Counted from the first letter of the stretch, positions 30,260 through 41,425 are shown. The stretch: 64,000 nt of DNA from an uncultured Chthonomonadaceae bacterium (GCA_963817895.1 CAWFQB010000001.1:576001-640000); one strand, 5' to 3'. The notes: generated by a model not told the origin, from the sequence alone. A program made the numbers and translations.

Positions 30260-31606
30260 TCAAACTTTTGGCGAACTGTCGCTGTTGCCGCAGGAGGGGC
30301 GGAGTAACTGCGCCTGGGGAAACGGACTGGACAGGCTTGTGGAGCGCAGAAGTTCGTCGGCAATGGCGGTGGGCGCGGACGTGGGACGCAGCAGGGACGC
30401 GCAGGCAACCTCGGCGCGTTGCCGCTCATGAAGCAGGGGCAGCAGGCGCGTGGCCCGTTCGCGCACATCTACGGTCGCGCCCTCCTGCGCCAATACTGCT
30501 ACCGTTTCCGCCGCCTGCCCGAAGCCGACATGTTCCAGCGCATTGAGCAGGGCGAGTGTCATGCCCGGTTCGGCCTTTGCCAACGCCTGCTCAAACTGAT
30601 GGCGGGTACGCGGGGCAAGATGGTCGCAGTCGGAAGCGTCCAGCAGGGGAAGCAGGCGCAGCAGGGCGGTTCGCGCCATTCGCGCCGGGGTGGGACGCGG
30701 GCCAAGCGCAATGTCCATCAGCAGGGGCAGAGGCCGCTTGTCGTTGAAATGGCCCAACGCTCGAATCGCGCTTTGCGCCAGTCGTCCCCGCTCCCGCGCG
30801 GCGCATAAATTCAGCAGCGGCAGAAACACCACGCACACCAGCAGCATGTATAGAAACACAAGCGGCACAAAACCGGCAACCGCCATGCTGATTCCGACTT
30901 CCAGACTGCTTTCCCATACGGGTACGGATGGGTCTGGCGTGACATGGAACAGAGCCGCGCCCCACGCCACGCAAAATAATGCCGCCACAAGCGTAAACGG
31001 ACGAACAAACGTTTGTCGCGCCCATCGTGTCGGATCGCCCGGAAGTTGCTCGGCAATCACATGCGCCAGTTCCGGGGCGGCGGACGTGTCGCCCATCCGT
31101 TCCAAAACGCCGATAGCCGATTCCATGCCGCTCACGGTCCAGTCGGGCGCTTCCCGCAGAGTCCGGCGCAGAATGGGAACCACGTCCGGCCCGAAGGTGG
31201 GCAGTTCATACGCCGCGCTTTCGCGGATGTGCGGGTCGGGATCGAACAGGGCGCGAACAAGGGTGGGAATGGCCTCTGCAGCGCCGATGCGTCCCAGCGC
31301 GTTAATGCCCGCAACCCGCGCCCACCGCCACGCTTTGCGCCTGCCCAACAGCGCCAGTCGCGCATCGGAGGGGGTTTCCACAAGCGCGCATAAGTCGGCA
31401 AGGGCGGCAGCGTCTTTTGAAGCCCCGGCCTGCGCCGCCAGTTGGTGACAGGAACGCGCGTCGCGCCTGTTCAGCGCCTGCCGCCAGATGGGGGATAGCG
31501 CGGAGATGCCGGAGGAAGCGGAACCGGGCGTGTTCAGGTGCGAGGCCGTGAACAGGGCATCGCGAATATCGTCGTGAGCAGGGGAAGAAGCCCGCATATC
31601 GGTCAT
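30260..31606 (-). CDS. HEAT-repeat membrane protein
   Basis: ALGRIGAAEAIPTLVRALFDPDPHIRESAA repeats flank two TM helices. Confidence 0.75.
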   Translation of the reverse strand: MTDMRASSPAHDDIRDALFTASHLNTPGSASSGISALSPIWRQALNRRDARSCHQLAAQAGASKDAAALADLCALVETPSDARLALLGRRKAWRWARVAGINALGRIGAAEAIPTLVRALFDPDPHIRESAAYELPTFGPDVVPILRRTLREAPDWTVSGMESAIGVLERMGDTSAAPELAHVIAEQLPGDPTRWARQTFVRPFTLVAALFCVAWGAALFHVTPDPSVPVWESSLEVGISMAVAGFVPLVFLYMLLVCVVFLPLLNLCAARERGRLAQSAIRALGHFNDKRPLPLLMDIALGPRPTPARMARTALLRLLPLLDASDCDHLAPRTRHQFEQALAKAEPGMTLALLNALEHVGFGQAAETVAVLAQEGATVDVRERATRLLPLLHERQRAEVACASLLRPTSAPTAIADELLRSTSLSSPFPQAQLLRPSCGNSDSSPKV

Positions 31607-31721
31607 GCAAATTCCTCGGGTGAAAGCAAAGCCTATTGTTTGCAGCGTCTGTGGCAACTGCATGTAGTGACGCCGCGACGCGGTTTGATTGTTCCCCGGA
31701 ATATGGGCTATCTGTCGCGCC

Positions 31722-32199
31722 TCAGAATTGCCTTGTTCCCTCTGTAGCTTCCAGTTCGCGGCGGGTCACGGCATGGCGGTACGCGAACATGGCTTCCAGA
31801 TCGCGGCGGACGAAAAGTGTATTGGCAATCTCCCCGAACGCCCGAGTGGAAGTTCGTAGGTGACGTGGTCGGTCAGGCGGGTGCAGATGGGCGTCAAATC
31901 GGTAAACCGATGCCGATGTTCCCACGACTTGAACGGGCCTTTGCCGGGTAGCTGAATGTCCACAAATCCCGTTGGCGGCGTGATCTCGCAAATCAGGCTG
32001 TGCATGGTGATCGGGATAACGCCGAATTGCCTCACCTGAATACGGTAGATAACGCCTTCCCGCATGGGTTCCGGCGGATCGAGCAGGCGGGCGCGGCGGG
32101 CGGGCGGCGTCAGCTTGAACAGCGTTTCCACCGAATTGTGGAAGTCCCAGACCTTTCCAGCGGCGCATTCAGGTCACAGCTAAACTCCAAAACCGGCAT
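31722..32199 (-). CDS. SRPBCC family protein, frameshifts at ~32155 and ~31840
   Basis: APLE-VWDFH..LTPP..GPFKSWEHRHRF..LTDHVTY..MFAYRH. Confidence 0.85.
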
Positions 32200-32450
32200 A
32201 TCATTCTCTCTTCCGTGTTCGCCTGCCGCGCTATTTCCAATATACTATCACCAGTTCGATTACAAGACAGGGACACGCTTGCTTATACGCTCATGGAAGC
32301 CTGCGCATTTTGGTTACGATGCCTCCACAACACCTTTTTCTACGCCAGATGCTTTACGAGAGTTACAACGCGCAGGAAGCACACGCCCCGCCGTCGAAAT
32401 CTGCCTTACCCTCTTTCACACTATTTTTACTTTTTTGCGGAGTACCAGCC

Positions 32451-33545
32451 ATGTTCCGTTTCGATGCCCACAAACCCGCGCATCTGCGCGACAGCATGAC
32501 GCGCCGGGATTTCCTCCATGCCGGGGCGTTGTCGCTGCTGGGCATGGGCCTGACCCTGCCGGAATTCATGGCGATGCAGGCGCGAGGCAGCGTCCGCAAA
32601 GACAAAGACATCAACTGCATCCTGCTATTTTTGCGCGGAGCGCCCTCACAACTGGATACGTGGGACATGAAGCCCGATGCCCCCATAGAAATACGCGGCC
32701 CGTTCAAACCCATAAAAACCAACGTGCCGGGTATGGAGATTTCCGAACTGTTTCCGCGCATGGCAAAACGCGCCGACATGTTTTCCATTGTCCGCTCGGT
32801 CTGCCATACCACTGCTGTCACGCATGACACAGGGCATCAGATAATGCGAATGGGACATCTGTTTTCGGGCCAATTGGAGTTTCCGAATAGTGGAAGCGTG
32901 ACGCAGCACGCGCAGAATTCGCCGCATGATGTTCTCATATCCACGTCCAAAGCCCGCGAAGCCTCTGATATGAGCAAAGAGCCGGAGCGAATACGCGACA
33001 AATACGGGCGTAACAGGTTCGGGCAATCGTGCCTGCTGGCGCGGCGACTGGTGGAGCGCGGCGTCCGGTTCGTCACTATCAACATGTTCGAGAACGTCTT
33101 CGATGAGATTACGTGGGACATTCACGGCAGCGCGCCGTTCCCGACGATGGACGCTTATGAAACTGTGTGCGGCCCCTGGTTCGACAACGGCTACACCAGT
33201 TTGATTGAGGAACTGAAAGAGCGCGGCCTGTACGACAATACCATTGTGATTGCCACGGGAGAGTTCGGGCGAACACCTAAAATCAACCGGGCGGGCGGGC
33301 GCGACCACTGGCCGCACTGCTGGAGTCTGATTTTGGGCGGGGGCGGCATCAAAGGCGGGCATATCGTGGGCGCGTCCGACAACATCGGCGCCTACCCCAC
33401 AGATCGCCCGACAACTCCCGCCGACATCGCCGCCACTCTGTACACCGCGCTTGGCATTGACCTCACACACGAACCGTCTATCCCCATTGGTCATCCCATT
33501 CCTGTCGTAACAGACGCCACTCACCCTTTACATGAATTGTTGTAG
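32451..33545 (+). CDS. DUF1501 family Tat-type protein, apparently shortened internally
   Basis: TRRDFL, GAPSQLDTWDMKP, CLLARRLVERGVRFV, GEFGRTPKIN and GRDHWP. Confidence 0.88.
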   Translation: MFRFDAHKPAHLRDSMTRRDFLHAGALSLLGMGLTLPEFMAMQARGSVRKDKDINCILLFLRGAPSQLDTWDMKPDAPIEIRGPFKPIKTNVPGMEISELFPRMAKRADMFSIVRSVCHTTAVTHDTGHQIMRMGHLFSGQLEFPNSGSVTQHAQNSPHDVLISTSKAREASDMSKEPERIRDKYGRNRFGQSCLLARRLVERGVRFVTINMFENVFDEITWDIHGSAPFPTMDAYETVCGPWFDNGYTSLIEELKERGLYDNTIVIATGEFGRTPKINRAGGRDHWPHCWSLILGGGGIKGGHIVGASDNIGAYPTDRPTTPADIAATLYTALGIDLTHEPSIPIGHPIPVVTDATHPLHELL

Positions 33546-33565
33546 ATTAAGGAGCAAAACCGACT

Positions 33566-34943
33566 TTGGAATCCATTTATCCCGTCAAAGACTTCAATCG
33601 CGTGATGTATGCGTGTCAGGTAGACGAACCCGCGACTGAAAGAGAGTGGACTGCGCCATGATTTTTCCAAATTACAGGGCGGCAGCGTTCGTACCGAGTT
33701 GGCAGTAACACTGAATGCGTGGCTGCCCGAAGGCGAGTACCGCCATCGTCTGCTGTGCGGGCATCGCGGGTCAGGCAAATCTACAGAGATGTTGGCGCTC
33801 AAGAAATGGGCGGACAACCACGGCTTTTTGAGTGTGTGGATGGAAGTTGATCTTTACTTCGGATTGGCGGAGTTGCACTTTTCGGATTTGTACTTGCTGG
33901 CAACCGAGGCGGTGGAACGCGCCATGCTGGAAATCGGTTTGTCGCTACCGAAAGAGGAGTTGGAAGCGGTAACAAACTATTTCGCGGAAATTACGCGGGA
34001 GGATAAGGAAACGCGCAAGTCCGAACTCAGTTTGGAAGCCGATGCAGAATTGGGCGCGGGTATTCCCATTATTGGCAAGTTTGTTGCTAAATTTCGTTCC
34101 AACGCGCAGGGGAGTTCCGAACATCTGCAAACGGTGCGGCGTAAAATACGGCAGGACCCGGATACGCTGATTGCAGCGACAAACAGGGTATTGCAAACCG
34201 CGAACAAACTGCTTGTCGTCAATAATCGCGCCAAAGGCTTGCTGCTGCTATTCGACAATCTGGATCGTTACGAGACGCCGAATATCAAGGCGCTGTTGCT
34301 TGATGGAGCAACGCTTGTCCGCAAAATGGCCGCGCATGTGGTTTATACGATGCCGATCAATTTGCATTATGGCCCGGACAGCGCGTATCAGGACTACTAT
34401 GGTGGTCCGGCGCATGTCCTGCCGATGCTGGCATTGCGGCAGCAAAACGCGGATTGGAAAACAACCGTTACCGATAGTCCGTATAAGGAAGAGGCCGTTG
34501 ATGAAATGCTGAAAGCATTGAACCGGCGCATTGAGGTGGCAATGGTTTTTGAAAATGTGGAAGACGCGCGGCTGATGATTAGAATGAGCGGCGGCTGTAT
34601 GCGCGACCTGCTGCATCTGGTGGGTATCGCGTTTCAAAAATCGTTTACGGATATTGACTCGCCACCTACGCGCTTAACTTCTGAGGGCGTACACCATGCC
34701 ATTGCTCAGTACCGCAATGACCTGACGGCAGGACTGCTGCCGGAACACTACAAGGGGCTTGCCTTGATTGCTGACTGCAAGGCAGAGTCGCAAATTCAGG
34801 ACGAAAATCAACTTCTCAAACGGCGCGTATTGCTGCGCTACAAAGACGCTGATAATCCGTGGATTGACGTTCATCCGCTCGTGATCGAAACAAAAGGATT
34901 TCAAGATGCCCGCAGCGCCTCCTCTCCAATCGCCCTCCGATGA
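33566..34943 (+). CDS. P-loop AAA-type ATPase, frameshift at ~33635
   Basis: Walker A GHRGSGKST, Walker B LLLLFDNLD, SGGCMRDLL and C-terminal W.DVHP. Confidence 0.85.
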
Positions 34944-36474
34944 CCTGAAAACGGCATTGGACACGCAGGGGGAACGAGAGTACATACAACTGCTCTCCAT
35001 GCTACACACACGCAGGGCATTTTCGCCCTGATGCTGGTGCGCAGCAATTTCACGCCTGCCCTGCGCGACCGGCTACTGGAACGTTTGGCCGCTGACCTTG
35101 CGCCCGCGCCTTTATCTATCGTTCGCGTGACCAAGACAAAATATAATGCGGGTCAAATGCTGGCGGAAGCGGCGCAGTTTACATCCGGTACGGGCGTACT
35201 CGCGCTCGTCGGTCTGGAAGATACGCCAGATATGGTTGTAGAAGGCGGCAAAGAGATGCGCCGCCCGCCCGCGCTTGCCAGTTTAAATCACGGACGTGAG
35301 GCCCTGCGTCGCGCCTGTCGCCTGCCTATTCTCGTATGGTGCAGCGATTGGGTTTATGAAACCCTGCGGGAACATGCGCCCGACTTTTTCGATCATTTCA
35401 CCGGCTTGTTCCACTTCTCAAATGCTAATCCAAATTCAACTGCATACAATGACCATGTGATGCTAACTATCAGAGGCCATGCAGAGAGCGAAGACACACT
35501 CCTCAGCCAAGTTTCTGAAGAGCAACGCCTTGTACGCGCAGAAGTGGACTTTTACACCTCCGAAGTCAATTCTCATCCAGAACCAACACCACAACGCGCC
35601 GAATTACTGATTGGTTTGACGGAGGCCCTGCGTAAACAAACGACAGGCAACCGAGCATCTTTGCTCTCTACAGGCGCGGGAAGCTGTTATGGAGGCGTTG
35701 GCAATACTCTCACCGAAGAGTGAACCCTACGACTGGGCAAAAGGCCAGAACATACTGGGGATAATTTACAATGAACTGCCAATTGGTGACCAAGCCGAGA
35801 ACCTGATGAAAGCTATTGAGTGTTACCAAGCCGCATTGCATGTTGCACATGAAGACACACTGCCTAAGCAGTGGGCAGCAACGCAGAATAATTTGGGCAA
35901 TACTTATACACTTTTGCTCATTGGTGACCAAAGCGAGAACCTGACGAAAGCCATTGAGAGTTACCAAGCCGCATTGCGTGTGTATAGAGAGGACACTCTG
36001 CCACAAATGTGGGCAACGACGCAGAACAACTTGGGAAACGCTTATACGTATTTGCCGGTTGGCGACAAAGGCGAGAACCTGACGAAAGCCATTGCCTGTT
36101 ACCAAGCCGCGCTTCGAGTTCGCCGCGAAGATACGTTGCCGCAGGATTGGGCAACGACGCAGAACAACTTGGGAAACGCTTATACGTATTTGCCGGTTGG
36201 CGACAAAGGCGAGAACCTGACGAAAGCCATTGCCTGTTACCAAGCCGCGCTTCGAGTTCGCCGCGAAGATACGTTGCCGCAGGATTGGGCGGGAACTCTG
36301 ACAAATCTTGGGATTGTACTACAAACCCTCGGTGATAGTGTTGGGGCGCGCAATGCTTGGACAAACGCCATACGCGGGTACATGGCTGTCGGTATGGAAG
36401 ACGGCGTGCGTCAAATGCAGAACTGGATTGATTCTTTGCCGAAAGAGGATGAGGACGTGGGCGAGACGGCATGA
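34906..36474 (+). CDS. TPR protein with N-terminal alpha/beta domain, frameshifts at ~35010 and ~35670
   Basis: LNHGREAL..PILVW..APDFF domain, then 46-aa WATTQNNLGNAY repeats; overlaps the end of the ATPase. Confidence 0.85.
36010..36290 (+). repeat. Exact 138-bp tandem duplication within the TPR gene
   Basis: 36010-36147 is identical to 36148-36285. Confidence 0.9.
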
Positions 36475-36623
36475 AGCGCAAATGGCTCACTTTGCCTGAT
36501 ACAGTCCTTGAAGAATAGGCCTTTCGCCTCATGTGGTTCGGGCGGACTGCGGTTAGAATGACTCCAGACAGCGCTATGCGATTACTTTTGCGAACGCGGC
36601 AAGAGCAATTCGTGGCGTGAGGA

Positions 36624-37247
36624 ATGGAGTGCCGTATGGGTTTAACGCGCTTTCGTGCCGGTCAGGGGTTGAGATGGGTTCCTGTCGGGTTGATTGGGGT
36701 TCGGGCGCTGCTTGGGCCGGTTTTGTTGTGGCTTTGCGTTCGGCATGTGGCGGGGTGGTGGATTGTGGCGGCGTTGACGGTCGCGCTGCTTTCGGATATT
36801 TTCGACGGCGTGATGGCTCGGAAGTTGCAGGTGGCGACGGAAAAGTTGCGGGTGGCGGACAGTTGGGCGGACGGCTTCTTTTATGCGTGGATCGTTGCCG
36901 CCGTATGCGTGGCCGCGCCGGACGTAATCCAGCCATTGCGCGGCCCGCTTCTGCTGGTGCTGCTTATGCAGTTTTGTTCCTACGGCTTCGATCTGCTGAA
37001 ATACGGGCGCATCGCGTCCTTTCACGCCGTTTCCGCCAAAATCTGGGGCATCACGCTGTTTGTGGCGACGGTTGCCCTCCTCGGTTTTCATGCGGGCGGT
37101 ATGTGGCTGTGGCCGGCGATTGTCTGCGGGCTGATAAGCAATCTGGAGGGTTTCGCCATGAAACTCGCGCTGCCGACATGGACACACGATGTAAAAAGTC
37201 TGCGCCACGCCCTGCGACTGCGGCAAGAGCTATTGTCCGAACCATGA
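36624..37247 (+). CDS. CDP-alcohol phosphatidyltransferase family protein
   Basis: DIFDGVMAR..DSWAD motif. Confidence 0.88.
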   Translation: MECRMGLTRFRAGQGLRWVPVGLIGVRALLGPVLLWLCVRHVAGWWIVAALTVALLSDIFDGVMARKLQVATEKLRVADSWADGFFYAWIVAAVCVAAPDVIQPLRGPLLLVLLMQFCSYGFDLLKYGRIASFHAVSAKIWGITLFVATVALLGFHAGGMWLWPAIVCGLISNLEGFAMKLALPTWTHDVKSLRHALRLRQELLSEP

Positions 37248-37358
37248 TTTTTCATGATTTGGATGATTACCATGATGACCTGCCTGCTCACCCTCCGGTA
37301 TCACGTACAAACTTGCGCTTCAGAATCATGTTAATCACTCTAATCATGCAAAATCATG
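37241..37358. repeat. Inverted CATGATT/AATCATG repeat clusters between convergent genes
   Basis: accatgatttttcatgatttggatgattaccatgatg followed by aatcatgttaatcactctaatcatgcaaaatcatg. Confidence 0.7.
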
Positions 37359-40344
37359 CTTCAAGACAATCCGCCTCCGCTTCTGCAACCGGGGCGAAAT
37401 TGGGATGCGCGTGGAGCCAGCGAAGCGCGAGATTGCGGACGAGGGGCGCGGGATCGTCGGCTCGGGCTTCGATGGCAGTGCGCGTGGTTTCTTCCTCAAC
37501 GGTTGTCATCGCGCCGCACAGGGAATTGGTCAGCATCAGGCGGTGTTCGGCTTCCACTTTATCACACCAGAAGGCGAGTTCGCGGCGGTACTGCGGGTTC
37601 TCAGGATGGCGGGCAAGGGTGGCAAGCAGCGCGCCCAAACCATCTTCGCCGTGCATGGCGAACTGTACGGAATCGTACACATCGGGATGCGCGTAAGCCT
37701 GCGCGAGCGGCTGAAGTTCCGGCGGCAGCATAGCAAGGGATTGCGTTTCGCCGTCCGTCGCGGCTTTGCGAAAGGCGAGGGCAATATCCCCCGCCGCGTG
37801 GCTGGAAAAGCCCAGTCGCAGCGAATAAATTTGTACGGCTGCCAGAATTGCATCCGGGGGAGCCATTCCGGGGTCGCGGCGATTCATACGGGCAAGTTGC
37901 AATGCCCCCCGCGCCAGATCGTTGCCCGCCGTTGCCATCCCCTGTATCTGCTTCTCACTCCCCTCGCCCCACAGCAGCCACTTTGCAACCGCGACGCGGG
38001 CCTGCTTCGCTCCATCCAGATTCTGTTCCTGCGCGGCCAGAACCGGGCGTATCCGGCGCGGGTCAGCCTCCATCAGCGCCTGTAGTGCCGGGTACGCATG
38101 ACCATTGAGCACGATCTCAATAAGCGCTTCAATAGCTTCCGGCTGTGAGGTTCCGCGTAGCGTGGATACCAAAATCGGTTCGCCGTGATTGGCGGGAACG
38201 GCGTTGAGGAAAGGCGCGGCTTCAACCCTTGTGAAATGCCCCTGCGCCAGTAACGCGCAGGCGATATGGGCATTGCGCAGACTGCGCTTCATATCGCTGT
38301 CCGGCGCGCGGCCCTCCGCCGTTTCAGTCAGCACATGTTTCAGCGCCTGCGTGGTCGCTTCTTCCCATCGCGGCAGGCGGGCCAGCATCGCGGCGGCGGG
38401 CGCGGAACCGTCCCGCAGCAGCATTTGCAGCCACAGCCGCTCGTGGCGGTCGCTTCCCATTCCGGCAAGCAGTTGAATGGCATCCGCCCGTACTTCCGCG
38501 TTCACCGATTCCTCTTTGAGCAACGCCAGCAGGGTATCTTCGGCAGGGCGCGGCGCGTGACCGGAAATCAACTCTGCCCCGACAAGGCGCAGGCGCATAT
38601 TGGGCGCGTGTAGCAGCGCCAGCGTTTTGGATTCGCAGGCGTCCGGGTTGGCGTTGAGAATAGCGCGCGCCTGCCGCCGGGTCGCCGGTTCCAGCAGGCG
38701 CGTTGGCGTGTCCAGCACACTCTCCAGCCACACTTCCGCGCCCCGCCGTTCCAGCAGGGGAGCCATAAAATGGAACTCCGGGGCGGCAGAAACCATTGTT
38801 TTTCCATGATGCGGCGAGGGATTGATGCCTCCCGCTTCCAGCCCGGAAGACGGCTGCGATTTACGGCGTTTGCCGAACAACCCAAACAGAAAATCAGGCA
38901 TAGCGATATTTCCTTTGCGTCCGGCCAGCGCCCCGGCTACAAGCAACGCGATAAAAAAGCATATCAGAGTGGTTGGTGGTTGGTGGTTGGTGGCTGTCGG
39001 TTCGATTGCCGATTGCCGATTGCCGATTGTGGATTGACCGTTGGGAAGCATTTTCGGCTGCTTTGTGCCTGCGACGGCAACAGGATTGTCAATAGCCGTG
39101 TCATTGGATATGGCGCGGCTGTTGCAAGCGCGTTCTCCGTTAAATCGTTTCCCGTTGAATATGGCTGGCAGGGCAGGCAAAACAGGAGTATCCGCGCGTG
39201 TCGCATCGCTGGCGGAACCTGTCACCGGCGAGACAGCAGCAACTCCGTTTTGCGGCACAGAGGCTTCATTGATTGGTTCTGAGGGCGCGGCAGGCGAGGG
39301 CGTGACAGGACGACCTATAAAGGAACCAGATTTAGCGGCAGGCGTAAGTTTTACAGAGGGCGCAACGTTGGAAGGCGCGGTATTTGCGGCAGGCGCAACA
39401 TTCGAGCGGGACACAACATTTGGGGAGAGCGCAAGGTTGGAAGAGGGCGCAATAAATTGCGTCCCTACGGGTTTTCCTGATGCCGCAAAGCCGTACTTTA
39501 GCAGGGAAACGGTGTCGCGCTGCCAGTCGGGGCTGTTGAGAACAACCGTAATCAGGCGCAGTCCATTTCGGCTGGCCGCGCCGACGAAACAAAAACCGGC
39601 TTCCCGCGTCCAACCCGCTTTCACGCCCTCCATACCGGGGACGGTCCACAGCAGCGCGTTCTCATTGGTCAGGAGTGTGGGAGGGCGGTTTCCTGAGCGG
39701 GGCAGAGAATACGCGCGGGTTCTCGCCACATCCGCGAAAACGGGATTTTGCAGCGCGACGCGGGCAAGCAGGGCAAGGTCATGCGCCGTCGAAAAGTGGT
39801 TGGAAGCGGGCAGGCCGCTGGCATTGGCAAAGCGCGTGTTCGTTGCGCCGCTTGCCTGCGCCCACTCATTCATGCGGGTGGCAAAGGCTTCTTCTCGTCC
39901 CGCCATCTGTTCCGCTGCGGCAACACTGGCGTCGTTGGCGCTGGCAAGCAGAATCGCGGCCAGTAAATCCCGCGCGCGAAACGTTTCGCCCGACTTCATA
40001 CCCAATGCGTGTCCGGGCGTTTGCGCGGCGTTGGGAGAAGCAGGAATAATGGTTTCGGGCGGAACGTCGCGGGCAAGCAGAAACCCCGTCGCGATTTTGG
40101 TGGTGCTGGCCGGGGGCAGGCGTTTGTCAGGATTTTTCGCCCATAAAGTCGCGCCCGTGTCCCGATTGATGACGATGGCGGCGGCAGCATGAATGTTCGG
40201 TGGCGCAGCCGTCCCATCCTCGCCCGGTATCGGGGAACACGCGCCCCGAAGCGGCAGCAGAATGGTCAGCAGGATCAGGGCTGTCACCCATCGGGCTGTG
40301 TGTTCGATGCTGTTTTCGCGGATGTCGCTGTAGCCGTTACGCAT
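37354..40344 (-). CDS. D-Ala-D-Ala carboxypeptidase (S11) domain, linker, TM helix and large helical-repeat domain
   Basis: SxxK (STTK), SxN (SAN) and KAG (variant of KTG); TM LICFFIALLVAGALAG; HEAT-like C-terminal half. Confidence 0.8.
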   Translation of the reverse strand: MRNGYSDIRENSIEHTARWVTALILLTILLPLRGACSPIPGEDGTAAPPNIHAAAAIVINRDTGATLWAKNPDKRLPPASTTKIATGFLLARDVPPETIIPASPNAAQTPGHALGMKSGETFRARDLLAAILLASANDASVAAAEQMAGREEAFATRMNEWAQASGATNTRFANASGLPASNHFSTAHDLALLARVALQNPVFADVARTRAYSLPRSGNRPPTLLTNENALLWTVPGMEGVKAGWTREAGFCFVGAASRNGLRLITVVLNSPDWQRDTVSLLKYGFAASGKPVGTQFIAPSSNLALSPNVVSRSNVAPAANTAPSNVAPSVKLTPAAKSGSFIGRPVTPSPAAPSEPINEASVPQNGVAAVSPVTGSASDATRADTPVLPALPAIFNGKRFNGERACNSRAISNDTAIDNPVAVAGTKQPKMLPNGQSTIGNRQSAIEPTATNHQPPTTLICFFIALLVAGALAGRKGNIAMPDFLFGLFGKRRKSQPSSGLEAGGINPSPHHGKTMVSAAPEFHFMAPLLERRGAEVWLESVLDTPTRLLEPATRRQARAILNANPDACESKTLALLHAPNMRLRLVGAELISGHAPRPAEDTLLALLKEESVNAEVRADAIQLLAGMGSDRHERLWLQMLLRDGSAPAAAMLARLPRWEEATTQALKHVLTETAEGRAPDSDMKRSLRNAHIACALLAQGHFTRVEAAPFLNAVPANHGEPILVSTLRGTSQPEAIEALIEIVLNGHAYPALQALMEADPRRIRPVLAAQEQNLDGAKQARVAVAKWLLWGEGSEKQIQGMATAGNDLARGALQLARMNRRDPGMAPPDAILAAVQIYSLRLGFSSHAAGDIALAFRKAATDGETQSLAMLPPELQPLAQAYAHPDVYDSVQFAMHGEDGLGALLATLARHPENPQYRRELAFWCDKVEAEHRLMLTNSLCGAMTTVEEETTRTAIEARADDPAPLVRNLALRWLHAHPNFAPVAEAEADCLEA

Positions 40345-40498
40345 GGGTGAATTATCGGCGATAACCTGTGTTTTCTGCTGTGCGCGCGGTATCCAAATGC
40401 AGCAGGATTAGGCCCCGCGCATGGTGAATATTCCTGCGGCTCTGCCATACAAACCGTTTTGATAAACAAGCCATTGAGCGTTTTCAGGAGATACTCGG

Positions 40499-41332
40499 AT
40501 GCACAAGACAAACCTACATAAGAAGAACGTACGCGGGAAGAACATCGGCGCGGGATTGGCGTTGAGCGCGCTGGCGCTGACGGGAACCCTGTTCCTGCAT
40601 GTTCGGGCGCAGGCCGCGCAGGAGGGCGCGAAAGCGGACAGCAAAGCCGCGACGCCCGATTTAATCACGCCCAAAGGCAAAACCATGACGTGGGGCGACA
40701 CGACGGATGAAGACAGCAAGGTGAAGAACGGCAAGCCGGTCGGCAAAGGCTGGAAACCTCTGTTCGACGGCAAAACGCTCAAGGGCTGGAACTACGAAAA
40801 AGGTTACTGGCAGGTTCTTGATGGCGCGATTGTAGGCGACAAACATGGCGACACGCCGCATCATCATTATATGTTCAGCGACAAAGATTACGCGGATTTC
40901 GAGTGCCACATTGACGTGAAAATGACCGGCTACAACAGCGGTGTTTGCGCCCGAATTCATCCCAAAGACTTCGACGACGTGCCGGGTTATCAGGTGGATA
41001 TGGCGGACGGCTACTGGGGCTGCCTGTGGGACGAGCATCACCGCCAGAAGAAAATCGTGGATTATCCGAAGGACGAAGCGGATAAAATCGTTCACAAAGA
41101 CGACTGGAACCACTACTACTTTACGATGCGCGGCCCCCATGTCGTGATGTGGCTGAACGGCGTAAAAACGGCGGATGTGGACGATCCTGAAGGCTACGCC
41201 TCCGGGCCGCTCGGCTTCCAGCTCTGTCATGGCGCCAATACGGTTGCCAGTTTCAAAAACATCTACGTGAAACTGCTGAAACCGACTCTGCCCGGCACGG
41301 CTCCCAAATCCACCGATACGCCGCAGCCGTAG
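40499..41332 (+). CDS. DUF1080 (3-keto-disaccharide hydrolase-like) secreted protein
   Basis: WKPLFDGKTLKGW, NSGV, GYQVD, WNHY and FKNIYVK. Confidence 0.9.
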   Translation: MHKTNLHKKNVRGKNIGAGLALSALALTGTLFLHVRAQAAQEGAKADSKAATPDLITPKGKTMTWGDTTDEDSKVKNGKPVGKGWKPLFDGKTLKGWNYEKGYWQVLDGAIVGDKHGDTPHHHYMFSDKDYADFECHIDVKMTGYNSGVCARIHPKDFDDVPGYQVDMADGYWGCLWDEHHRQKKIVDYPKDEADKIVHKDDWNHYYFTMRGPHVVMWLNGVKTADVDDPEGYASGPLGFQLCHGANTVASFKNIYVKLLKPTLPGTAPKSTDTPQP

Positions 41333-41387
41333 CATTATATTTGCTATCCAAGCGATTGTGGTTTTACAAATTGGAATTGAATAGCGA

Positions 41388-41425
41388 AACAACAGGCCGG
41401 AGGCAATTGCCTCCGGCCTGTTGTT
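41388..41425. terminator. Intrinsic terminator
   Basis: AACAACAGGCCGGAGGCAA/TTGCCTCCGGCCTGTTGTT perfect palindrome. Confidence 0.85.

Noticed and set aside
36010..36290. 138-bp direct repeats as a CRISPR array or DGR template/variable repeat
   Set aside because: They are contiguous in-frame TPR codons with no spacers, no adenine-specific differences and no reverse transcriptase.
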